Shown here one piece after another: positions 52,975-60,962 of a stretch of 64,000 bases of DNA (its first letter is position 1; each line of letters starts with the position of its first letter). The translations under genes were made by a program, and so were the position numbers. Source of the DNA: an uncultured bacterium (GTDB taxonomy: Bacteria; Eisenbacteria; RBG-16-71-46; CAIMUX01; WJJG01); the NCBI GenBank assembly GCA_964417675.1, contig CAYQJL010000166.1, positions 2,867-66,866 on the forward strand, written 5' to 3'. The notes beneath the pieces are model-generated. The model had not been told where the DNA came from. It saw only the letters and a program-made list of their open reading frames with translations, and made no database searches.

Positions 52975-54326
52975 CACGCACCCTCCCGGCCGCGGGGGGC
53001 ACGAGATCCGCGTAGCAGGATCTTCCGGAGGCCCCAACCGTAGAGTCCCAGGAGCAGAAGCTGCGACAGGTACACCGCGGCCACGGCTCCATACCAGCCC
53101 CATGCGGGGATCAAGGCCAGGGTGAGGCCCAGATTGACCAGGGCCGCCGCGAAGATGCAGGCACTGCGGTATCCGAAGCGGTCGGCGCCGGCCAGGGCGT
53201 CGCCGAGCGGCATGGAAAGCGCCTGAATCACGAGCACGCCGATGAGATGCCTCAGAATCCGCGGAGCTTCCGGATACTCACTGCCCAGCGCCGGGGAGAG
53301 CAGCGGCGCTGCGACAAACAGGGCGGCGCTCACGGGCAGCGCGTAGAACAGCGCCAGGGGTGCGGTGCGGCGCCAGAGGCACATGAGACTGTCCACCGAT
53401 TCGGCCCCCCGCTGAAAGAAGCGCGGATAGAGCGCGGCCATGAAGGCCTGCACGGGCAGCAGCGCGAAGGCCAAGACTCGAAAGCCGGCCGCATACTGCC
53501 CGGCGATGGCCAACCCGGCCAGAGCCGGCAGCAACATCTTGTCGATGCCCAGCAGGAAGTTGCGTCCCGCGGCGGACAGGGAGATGTAGAATCCGTCCCG
53601 GGCGCGTTCGCGGATCCCGGCCCAGTCGGCGGCGGCCAGCGGCCAGGCCCAGCCCCGTCCGTAGAGCAGTAGGACCAGCAGCAGGCAGGCCGCGGAACCG
53701 GCCAAGTGCGCCGCGGCGAAACGCGGCAACGTCAGTCCCCAGAGCAGTCCGATGCCCCCTACGGTGGCGAGGCGGGCCGCGGCGAGTCCCCCTTCGATCA
53801 CCGCCATGCGGTCCAGGCGCTCGGCGCCTTGCTGGATTCCGCTGATCACCATCAACAGGCCGTAGAGCAGCAGATCGGACACGGCCAGCGCCAGGAGCGG
53901 CCACCGTGGAAACGGGATCGCGAGCAGGCGGGGACCAAACAGCGTGGTCGCGGCAACCAGGAGCCCGCCGATGGCCAGCGTCACCCGCACTGCGTCGCTC
54001 CAGATGGCCCGGCGGCTGGAGGGATCGCGGGCCACCGCGCGCAGAGATAGGATGGGGTAGCCCAGCGAACCGAAGGCCACCAGACCAAGCAGCAGTGCTT
54101 GCATCCCGGTGTAGCGGCCGAAGTCGGCCGCTCCCAATCCGCGGGTGACGATCACGAAGTAGACCGACTGAACCAGGATTCGCACCATGTGACCCGTGAA
54201 CAGGTGCAGAGATCCCCTGAAGATCTTGCGGAATCCGGACGTTGCGACCGAAGCGTTCTGCATGCGGCGCATTATCGGCACTTGCCCACCCCCCGGCAAG
54301 AACGACTTCGGATGGGCGATCCTCAT
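52974..54326 (-). CDS. polysaccharide/oligosaccharide flippase (Wzx/MOP-like) membrane protein
   Basis: About 12 hydrophobic spans. N-terminal ...LHLFTGHMVRILVQSVYFVIVTRGLGAADFGRY is typical of the family. Start is uncertain (54326/54272). Confidence 0.72.
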   Translation of the reverse strand: MRIAHPKSFLPGGGQVPIMRRMQNASVATSGFRKIFRGSLHLFTGHMVRILVQSVYFVIVTRGLGAADFGRYTGMQALLLGLVAFGSLGYPILSLRAVARDPSSRRAIWSDAVRVTLAIGGLLVAATTLFGPRLLAIPFPRWPLLALAVSDLLLYGLLMVISGIQQGAERLDRMAVIEGGLAAARLATVGGIGLLWGLTLPRFAAAHLAGSAACLLLVLLLYGRGWAWPLAAADWAGIRERARDGFYISLSAAGRNFLLGIDKMLLPALAGLAIAGQYAAGFRVLAFALLPVQAFMAALYPRFFQRGAESVDSLMCLWRRTAPLALFYALPVSAALFVAAPLLSPALGSEYPEAPRILRHLIGVLVIQALSMPLGDALAGADRFGYRSACIFAAALVNLGLTLALIPAWGWYGAVAAVYLSQLLLLGLYGWGLRKILLRGSRAPRGREGA

Positions 54327-54384
54327 GCGCCATTGCAGCGCGCTCTCCGTGGACCGGCACGATGGGGTCCGGGATGCGCGAGAT

Positions 54385-54735
54385 CTAGCGGGCGAGCCAT
54401 CCCCGGAAGCGCCCCCACAAGGAAAGTCCGCGCTGCAGCCGGGCGCCGAACCGGTGCACCACGCGAAGCTGCGCGCGGTCCGCGTTGGATGTAGGCACGT
54501 CGAACTCCTCGAGGTAGGAGGAGAGGGCCCGCAGCAGGGTCGCCACCTCGTCCGAATCCAGAATCAGGCGCGTGGCCCGGCCCGACTGGATGTGCCGGCG
54601 GGCGTCTTCGAGGTTCGACTCGATCTGAAGCAACCGATCGGTGTCCGCAGGATCGAAGAATCGCCGCCCCATATAGCTGAGTACGAGCTGAAGAATCTCC
54701 GGCTCGCCCTTGTGTAGCTCGATCCTTGCGCCCAT
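54385..54735 (-). CDS. hypothetical protein (116 aa)
   Basis: GGGAGAAGG upstream of ATG 54735. Helical-looking sequence with no recognised family. Confidence 0.5.
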   Translation of the reverse strand: MGARIELHKGEPEILQLVLSYMGRRFFDPADTDRLLQIESNLEDARRHIQSGRATRLILDSDEVATLLRALSSYLEEFDVPTSNADRAQLRVVHRFGARLQRGLSLWGRFRGWLAR

Positions 54736-55046
54736 GCCTTCTCCCTTGCCTCCATGGCTTCGGCCCGCCCAATCTCCCGCCCCCGCCATTCTAGCGGAAA
54801 TTGCCCTCCGTGAGGGAACCTCAGAGGTGCACATCAGTGAGAGGAGGGCGGCCGGGGCGGGCTGAACCCGGGGGGATCGGCTCATCCGGTGGTCTGATCG
54901 AGATTCGTGCGCGATCTTGCCAAAGCCCCGGCTGGCGGGCTACCATCCGTGGCTGCGGTTTGAACCGGGGACCGAACGACACCCCGGCGGGTGGATGGAT
55001 CCTCAGGAGTTTGTCCGGCGGGCACAGGGGGAAGCGAGCGATCAGC

Positions 55047-56003
55047 ATGGCGTGGGAATACAGCGACAAGACCAAGGAGCTCTTCATGGATGCGGTGCAG
55101 GGCAAGCCCGGCACCCACCTGGGAGAGATCGAGGATCCGGACGGCTTCGGCGAGCACGGCTCGATCGCCTGTGGAGACGCCCTGCGCTTCTCTTTCAAGG
55201 TAGTGCGCGACAAGGATGACCCCTTGAAGGATGTGATCATCGCGGCCCGCTACCTCACGTTTGGATGCACCTCGGCCATCGCGGCCTCGGAGGCGCTCTG
55301 CCGCATTCTGGAGGAGAAGCGCTTGACCCCCATCGAGGCGCTCAACGTGACCAACGCCGATCTGGTCGATTACCTGGGCGGCCTGCCGGAGCAGAAGATC
55401 CACTGCTCGGTGATGGGCGCCGAAGCGCTTCAGGCGGCGGTCTTCAACTGGGCCCAGAAACGGGGGGTCGATCTCGAGAAGCTGGGTGTCGACATGAAGC
55501 CGGAGGAGCAGGAGGAGGGCCGGCTGGTGTGCAAGTGCTTCGGGATGACCGAGCCCTACATTCGCCGCAAGGTCAAGGAGCTGGGCCTCAAGTCGATTCC
55601 GCAGATCACCAATGCCATCAAGGCCGGGGGCGCCTGCATGGCCTGCCATCATGCGCCGGGCGGGCTGCAGGACATCCTCGACGACATCTGGGGCGCCGGC
55701 GGCGTCCGGACCAAGGATAATCCCGGTATGCCGGATGCGCGCGACATTCCCGAGGCGACGCCCGAAATCTCTTCCTATCAGTTCGCCAAGAAGGTCGAGC
55801 AGGTCGTCGCCGATCAAGTTCGTCCCTTGCTGCAGAAGGATGGGGGCGATCTCGAGATCGTTGACATCAAGGACACCAAGATCTATGTGCGCCTGGTCGG
55901 GGCCTGCGCGAGCTGCTTTGCCGCCGAGAATACGTTGAAGTTCCTGGTCGAACAGGCGCTGAAGGATCATGCCGATGAGAGGATTCGGGTGATCTCCGTC
56001 TAG
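55047..56003 (+). CDS. nifU: full-length NifU-type Fe-S cluster scaffold (IscU-like N-domain, BFD-like 2Fe-2S, Nfu C-domain)
   Basis: GSIACGDALRF...FGCTSAIAASEA...IHCSVMGAEAL; CKCFGMTE...GGACMACH; LQKDGGDLEIVDI...VRLVGACASC. Confidence 0.9.
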   Translation: MAWEYSDKTKELFMDAVQGKPGTHLGEIEDPDGFGEHGSIACGDALRFSFKVVRDKDDPLKDVIIAARYLTFGCTSAIAASEALCRILEEKRLTPIEALNVTNADLVDYLGGLPEQKIHCSVMGAEALQAAVFNWAQKRGVDLEKLGVDMKPEEQEEGRLVCKCFGMTEPYIRRKVKELGLKSIPQITNAIKAGGACMACHHAPGGLQDILDDIWGAGGVRTKDNPGMPDARDIPEATPEISSYQFAKKVEQVVADQVRPLLQKDGGDLEIVDIKDTKIYVRLVGACASCFAAENTLKFLVEQALKDHADERIRVISV

Positions 56004-56040
56004 ACGGCCGGGCGCGCAGGGATCTGGCGAAGCCAGGATC

Positions 56041-56125
56041 CGGCCGTGTAGGAGATCGGCCGTGTAGGAGATCGGCCGTATAGGAGACCGGCGGTGTGGG
56101 AGATCGGCCCTGTGGGAGACCGGCA
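56041..56125. repeat. 5 contiguous copies of a 16-bp unit (consensus cggccgtgtaggagat) ending at the nifS start
   Basis: Units at 56041, 56057, 56073, 56089 and 56105; a sixth degenerate unit contains GTG 56126. Units 1-2 carry GTG immediately followed by TAG. The GGAGA of unit 1 lies 6 nt upstream of the unit-2 GTG. Confidence 0.9.
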
Positions 56126-57355
56126 GTGAAAACGATCTACGTCGATAACAATGCCACCACGGCGGTCGCTCCCGAGGTAGTCGAGGAACTGAGGCCCTAC
56201 CTCGAGCAGGACTACTTCAACCCCAGCTCGATGTATGAGCCGGCCCAGCGAGCGGCCCACGCGATCCAGAAGGCGCGGAGCACGATCGCCGGGGCATTGG
56301 GCGCGGCCGATCCGGGGGAGATTCTCTTCACCGGCTGTGCGACCGAAAGCAACAATGCGGCCATCTTCGGGGCGCTGCGCGCCCATCCCGGTCGCAAGCA
56401 CGTCATCACGACCAAGGTCGAGCATCCCGCCGTGCTCGAGGTCTGCATGGAACTCGAGCGCATGGGCTACACGGTCACCTGGCTCCCGGTGGATGCCGCC
56501 GGGCGGCTCGAGGTGCGTGATTTGATCCAGGCGTTGCGGCCCGAGACGCTGTTGGTCAGCATCATGCACGCCAACAATGAGACCGGCGTGATCTTTCCCG
56601 TGGCGGAGCTGGCGCGCATCACCAAGGAGACCGATTCGTCGATCCTCTTTCACACCGATGCTACGCAAACGGTCGGCAAGCTGCCGGTCGATCTGTCCGG
56701 TGCGATGCGCTCGGTGGATCTGCTTTCCTTCTCCGGTCACAAGCTGCATGCGCCCAAGGGCGTGGGGGCGCTGTACGTGCGCCGCGGGATCCGCTGGCGT
56801 CCGTTCATGCTGGGGGGGCACCAGGAGAGCGGACGCCGGGCGGGTACGGAGAATGTTCCGTTCATCGTGGCGCTCGGCCGGGCCGTCGAATTGGCGCACC
56901 AGAACCGCGCGGCCGAGCATGCCCATATGGCGGCCATGCGCGACAGGCTCGAGATGGCGATTCATGAGACGATCCCCCATGTACAGGTCAACGGCGCGGG
57001 GGCCGAGCGGCTGCCGAACACCCTCAACGTGGCGATTCACTATGTCGAGGGCGAGGGCATGCTCTACCAGTTGGATGCCCACGGAATCTGCGCTTCGAGC
57101 GGGTCGGCATGTACGTCGGGCTCGTTGGAACCGTCGCATGTCCTGCGCGCCATGCGGGTGCCCTTCACCGCCGTCCACGGGTCGCTGCGATTCAGCTTCA
57201 GCCGCTACAATACGATGGAAGAGGTGGAGGAGATCTGCGCGGTCTTCCCGGGGATCGTAGCCAATCTCCGCAAGATGTCCCCCTATTGGGACAATGTGAA
57301 CAACCGCCCGCGCCCGGAGGCGGAAGAGATGCTCAAGAGCCACATCTCGAGCTGA
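56126..57355 (+). CDS. nifS: cysteine desulfurase (NifS/IscS class I)
   Basis: [12 protein letters not shown]...; PLP-Lys [17 protein letters not shown]; active-site [15 protein letters not shown] lies 6 nt upstream of GTG 56126; in-frame GTG 56096 is an alternative. Confidence 0.9.
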   Translation: MKTIYVDNNATTAVAPEVVEELRPYLEQDYFNPSSMYEPAQRAAHAIQKARSTIAGALGAADPGEILFTGCATESNNAAIFGALRAHPGRKHVITTKVEHPAVLEVCMELERMGYTVTWLPVDAAGRLEVRDLIQALRPETLLVSIMHANNETGVIFPVAELARITKETDSSILFHTDATQTVGKLPVDLSGAMRSVDLLSFSGHKLHAPKGVGALYVRRGIRWRPFMLGGHQESGRRAGTENVPFIVALGRAVELAHQNRAAEHAHMAAMRDRLEMAIHETIPHVQVNGAGAERLPNTLNVAIHYVEGEGMLYQLDAHGICASSGSACTSGSLEPSHVLRAMRVPFTAVHGSLRFSFSRYNTMEEVEEICAVFPGIVANLRKMSPYWDNVNNRPRPEAEEMLKSHISS

Positions 57356-57408
57356 CCGGCTGCCCGGATCCGCTCGCGATCGGCCCGGCTGTGCGCCAGG
57401 GAGGTAGC

Positions 57409-58215
57409 ATGCAGACCCATGAGTTAATCATCTCACGAGCCATCATCGATCGCTATTTCGACAAGTTGAAGGCCTCGCTGGAGAGCGATGTCGCGATCGT
57501 CGGCGCCGGACCTTCGGGGCTGGTGGCGGCCTACTTCCTGGCCAAGGCCGGGTACCGGGTGAGCCTCTATGAGCGCAAGCTGAGCGTCGGCGGCGGGATG
57601 TGGGGCGGGGGAATGCTGTACAACGAGATCGTCGTGCAGGCGCAAGCCCGCGCGATTCTCGACGAGTTCGGTATCCGCTCCCGGCTCTACGAAGACGATC
57701 ACTACACGGTCGATGCCGTCGAGTTCGCCTCGGCCCTGACCTGCCGGGCCGTGCAGGCCGGCGCGACGATCTTCAATTGCATCTCGGTCGAGGATGTGGT
57801 CATGCGCCCCGACCGGGTGTGCGGCGTGGTGATCAACTCCAGCCCGGTCGAGATGGCCGGGCTGCACGTCGATCCGCTTGCGATCCGTTGTCGGGCGGTC
57901 ATCGATGCCACCGGCCACGATTGTGAAGTCGTGCATGTCGTCGCGCGCAAGGTGCCGGGCCGGCTGCTCACCTCCTCGGGCCAGATCGCGGGCGAGCAAT
58001 CGATGTGGCCGGAGGAAGCCGAGAAGCGCACGCTCGAGAATACCCGTGAGGTCTACCCCGGCCTCTACGTCACCGGCATGGCCGCCAATGCAGTCTTCGG
58101 CGCCCCGCGCATGGGCCCCATCTTCGGTGGCATGCTCCTCTCGGGGCGCCTGATCGCCGAGGTGGTCAGCCGGCAGCTCGCAGCCGTCCCGGCTTCGCCG
58201 GTTGGTCATGCGTGA
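57409..58215 (+). CDS. thi4: thiazole synthase Thi4 (His-type, sulfide-dependent class)
   Basis: [20 protein letters not shown]...[15 protein letters not shown]...GLHVDPL...DATGHD...[30 protein letters not shown] upstream of ATG 57409. Confidence 0.88.
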   Translation: MQTHELIISRAIIDRYFDKLKASLESDVAIVGAGPSGLVAAYFLAKAGYRVSLYERKLSVGGGMWGGGMLYNEIVVQAQARAILDEFGIRSRLYEDDHYTVDAVEFASALTCRAVQAGATIFNCISVEDVVMRPDRVCGVVINSSPVEMAGLHVDPLAIRCRAVIDATGHDCEVVHVVARKVPGRLLTSSGQIAGEQSMWPEEAEKRTLENTREVYPGLYVTGMAANAVFGAPRMGPIFGGMLLSGRLIAEVVSRQLAAVPASPVGHA

Positions 58216-58221
58216 TTCCAC

Positions 58222-58250
58222 TTGACGGTGAGTGCTCCTGTGTTGAATAT
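58222..58250 (+). promoter_or_regulatory. candidate sigma-70 promoter for the diheme-lipoprotein/porin pair (TTGACG-N17-GAATAT)
   Basis: Located in a locally AT-richer stretch just after the thi4 stop, about 55 nt upstream of ATG 58305. Confidence 0.35.
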
Positions 58251-58304
58251 ATGCCCAGATGGACATGTATGCTAGCCATGGCATTCACTGGTGGAGGTGC
58301 TTCG

Positions 58305-59540
58305 ATGGCAACGAAATGGAGCCTTGCCGGCGTTTTCGTGCTGGCTCTGGCAATGATCAGTGCGCTCAGTTTCGTCGGCGGCTGTAGCGAGGACGACGAC
58401 AAGGTGACCGGGTCGCAGGTGGTGTCCTCGCAATCCTACACCGGCCACGAGAATGACGCCGACAGCAACTACCTCGTGCAAGGCTATCCCGCTCTGGTGG
58501 GAACCCGGCTGGATGACTGTCAGACCTGTCACACGGGCGGGACCGTCTACGAGGATGATGGCGACGAACTCTCTCCGGTTCACATGAACCCATGCTCCTA
58601 TTGCCACCTGATACCCTATCCCGACGAGGCCTACGTGCAGGGCGCGCCGGGCGATTATGAAGCGACCCTCAACGCGTTCGGTCTGGCGTACAAGGTCGCC
58701 GGACGCACGAGAGATGCCATTGAGGCGATCAAGGATCTCGACTCCGACGGGGACGGGTACTCCAATGATGCCGAGCTGTCCGCCGGCTTCTATCCGGGCG
58801 ACAGCACCAGCGTGCCGGGCCAGCCGGTGGCGCCGTACATCACCTATGAATACGCGGAGCTGACCGCTATGCCGGTGCACGATCAGTTCCTGCTCATGAA
58901 CTCCCACAAGCAGGAGTTCGACGACTACGCGCGCTATGTGGGCGTCAAGGTCCAGGATATCCTGGCCGCGGCCGGCGCCACGCTGGAGGAGGGTGGTTCG
59001 ATCACCTTCATCGCACCCGACGGCTATGCCAAGGATTTCTACTATGATGAGGTCTTCTCGGCCTATCCGGCGGGCCTCTACTATGCCGATCTCGATCCGG
59101 CCAGCTTCCAGGATCCCGGGCAGGGATTCGTCAGCTATCCACCGGCCGATCAGATACCCGAGGGACTGGGCGATGGTGAGCAGATCCCCGGCGAGCCGTG
59201 GTTGATGGTGGCCTATGCCAGAGATGGTGCCGATCTCCATCCGAGCTACCTTGACCCGACCAGCGGCCGCCTCGAGGGCGAAGGTCCCTACCGCAACATC
59301 GTTCCGCAATCGAACCCGGGCGGCCCTGATCGCGGTTCGCGTTACTCGCCGTCCGGCTACGACGACGGATGGGACTACGACGACAGCAAGGATCACAACG
59401 CGGGCCTGTGCGTGCGCGGGATTGTGGCGATCCGGGTCAATCCCCTGCCAGAGGGCTATGAGGAGTTCGACTGGAAGAATGGTGGCTTCTCCCTGCTCGA
59501 GAAGAAACAGCTTCTGATCTACGGTGCGGGAATCGAGTAA
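58305..59540 (+). CDS. diheme c-type lipoprotein with a GEGP motif and a C-terminal domain of unknown function
   Basis: GGAGG upstream. Lipobox SFVGGC. Two CxxCH motifs (CQTCH 58518-58532, CSYCH 58593-58607). DxDxDG Ca-binding-like DLDSDGDGYSND. GEGP at 59277-59288. I recall a curated family name 'GEGP motif-containing diheme protein', unverified. Confidence 0.8.
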   Translation: MATKWSLAGVFVLALAMISALSFVGGCSEDDDKVTGSQVVSSQSYTGHENDADSNYLVQGYPALVGTRLDDCQTCHTGGTVYEDDGDELSPVHMNPCSYCHLIPYPDEAYVQGAPGDYEATLNAFGLAYKVAGRTRDAIEAIKDLDSDGDGYSNDAELSAGFYPGDSTSVPGQPVAPYITYEYAELTAMPVHDQFLLMNSHKQEFDDYARYVGVKVQDILAAAGATLEEGGSITFIAPDGYAKDFYYDEVFSAYPAGLYYADLDPASFQDPGQGFVSYPPADQIPEGLGDGEQIPGEPWLMVAYARDGADLHPSYLDPTSGRLEGEGPYRNIVPQSNPGGPDRGSRYSPSGYDDGWDYDDSKDHNAGLCVRGIVAIRVNPLPEGYEEFDWKNGGFSLLEKKQLLIYGAGIE

Positions 59541-59552
59541 GCCCACGGAAGC

Positions 59553-60839
59553 ATGTCTGCCATGATGACTTCGACGGGCGATCCGGGAGGCCGGCGGCGT
59601 GGGCGGTTCGGCCTCCCGCCGCGTTGGCTGCGGACTCTTCTGCTGAGTTCCCTGCTGGCTCTTCCGGCGAGTCTGTCGCCGAAGGTTCTGGCGCCGCGCG
59701 CGATCGCCGACGAGGCCGCGGGCGGCAGCGAATGCGAATCCGGGGCGGTGGTCGAGGGCTATCTGCAGGTTCGCTGGACGGCCTGGGAGCAGGTTGAGAA
59801 TGGGCTGCGCCAACCGGTCACCTGGGAGGATGCGGCCGATGTCTCCTCGGGGTTCAGCCTGCACCGCGTGCGCCTGAGCGGCGCGTGGCGACGGGGGGCC
59901 CTGCACGCGCGCATCAGCATCCGCCTCGAGAACAGCCCGGTGACACTCTCCGACGCCTACGGCCATCTTCCGCTGGGGGGCCAGCGGGCGGTGCTCTACC
60001 TGGGTCAGATGAAGATCCCCGCCACCTACGAAATCGGAACCAGCAGCCGGGGGCTGGACCTGCTCAGTCGCAGCGAGCTGTCCGGCCGCCTGGCCGATCT
60101 GGCGCTGTGCCGGAGTCCGGCGTTGAGTTCGCCGCGCTTCAACGGGGCCCGCGCGTACTTGCGCGATGCCGGCGTGGGACTCAAGGGCATGCTGGAGATG
60201 GGAGCCCTGGGCGGCCTGGACTACTTCCTGATGGTCGGCAACGGTCTGGGCGCCAATCGCTTCATCGGTGGCGACGAGAAGAGACAGGAGATCTATGCCA
60301 ACGAGGTCGGAGCCTACTTCTACGGGCTGCGCCTGGAGCTCCAACCATCCCGGTATGAAGATGGACTCAGGATCGGCGGGCACTACTCCTACAATCACCA
60401 CCCGAACCTCCTGTTGGATGACAAGCGCACCGTGCTCGACCTCGAGCGACGTTCCTTCTCCGCGGATGTGCGCCTGACCGTGCTGGAGCGCCTCCGTCTG
60501 ACCGCCATGTACGGCGGTGGTGTGGTGGCCGATGACTTCGATCATGACGGCAAGGACGACTACCGCTACTCGGGCTGGGAACTCAAGGCGATCCTGAGGA
60601 TCCGCGCCGGCTTCGAAGCCGGATTGCGCGTGGATACGTTCTTCGACGAGTACTATGAGAACGGCCGCGAGGCTCGTCTGCTCAGCATCACCGCCGGCGT
60701 GAACTGGCGGCCGAATCCCCATCTGCGGCTGCAGGCCAACTACAAGCACAAGGATCTGGACAGCGAGGTCAATCCCGAGCTCGACGACGACTCGGTGATC
60801 GTACAGGTCATGCTGCCGGGGTGGGGGCCTGACGAGTAA
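59553..60839 (+). CDS. outer-membrane beta-barrel porin (phosphate-selective porin O/P-like)
   Basis: Signal-like N-terminus. Alternating-hydrophobicity strands throughout (YLQVRW, FSLHRVRLS, ARISIRLE, YFYGLRLEL, LRLQANYKHK). 12 bp downstream of the diheme gene. Confidence 0.7.
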   Translation: MSAMMTSTGDPGGRRRGRFGLPPRWLRTLLLSSLLALPASLSPKVLAPRAIADEAAGGSECESGAVVEGYLQVRWTAWEQVENGLRQPVTWEDAADVSSGFSLHRVRLSGAWRRGALHARISIRLENSPVTLSDAYGHLPLGGQRAVLYLGQMKIPATYEIGTSSRGLDLLSRSELSGRLADLALCRSPALSSPRFNGARAYLRDAGVGLKGMLEMGALGGLDYFLMVGNGLGANRFIGGDEKRQEIYANEVGAYFYGLRLELQPSRYEDGLRIGGHYSYNHHPNLLLDDKRTVLDLERRSFSADVRLTVLERLRLTAMYGGGVVADDFDHDGKDDYRYSGWELKAILRIRAGFEAGLRVDTFFDEYYENGREARLLSITAGVNWRPNPHLRLQANYKHKDLDSEVNPELDDDSVIVQVMLPGWGPDE

Positions 60840-60909
60840 CCGTCCGGGGCTGTCGGCGCGCAGCCACCGCGGGCGGGCTCGATTGTCGGGGTCGCCGCGG
60901 GGCGCCAGG

Positions 60910-60918
60910 TGGTACAAT
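60910..60918 (+). promoter_or_regulatory. extended -10-like element TGGTACAAT upstream of the endonuclease gene
   Basis: Same 10-mer TGGTACAATC as at 23497. Lies 45 nt upstream of ATG 60963. Confidence 0.3.
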
Positions 60919-60962
60919 CGGCGGGACGAATCCGGCGGATTGACACTTGGAGGCCCCGCGCG

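Noticed and set aside
56041-56125. Tandem 16-bp array considered as a CRISPR array
   Set aside because: The units are contiguous with no spacers and are far shorter than CRISPR repeats. No cas genes are present in the window. It is reported as a tandem repeat instead.
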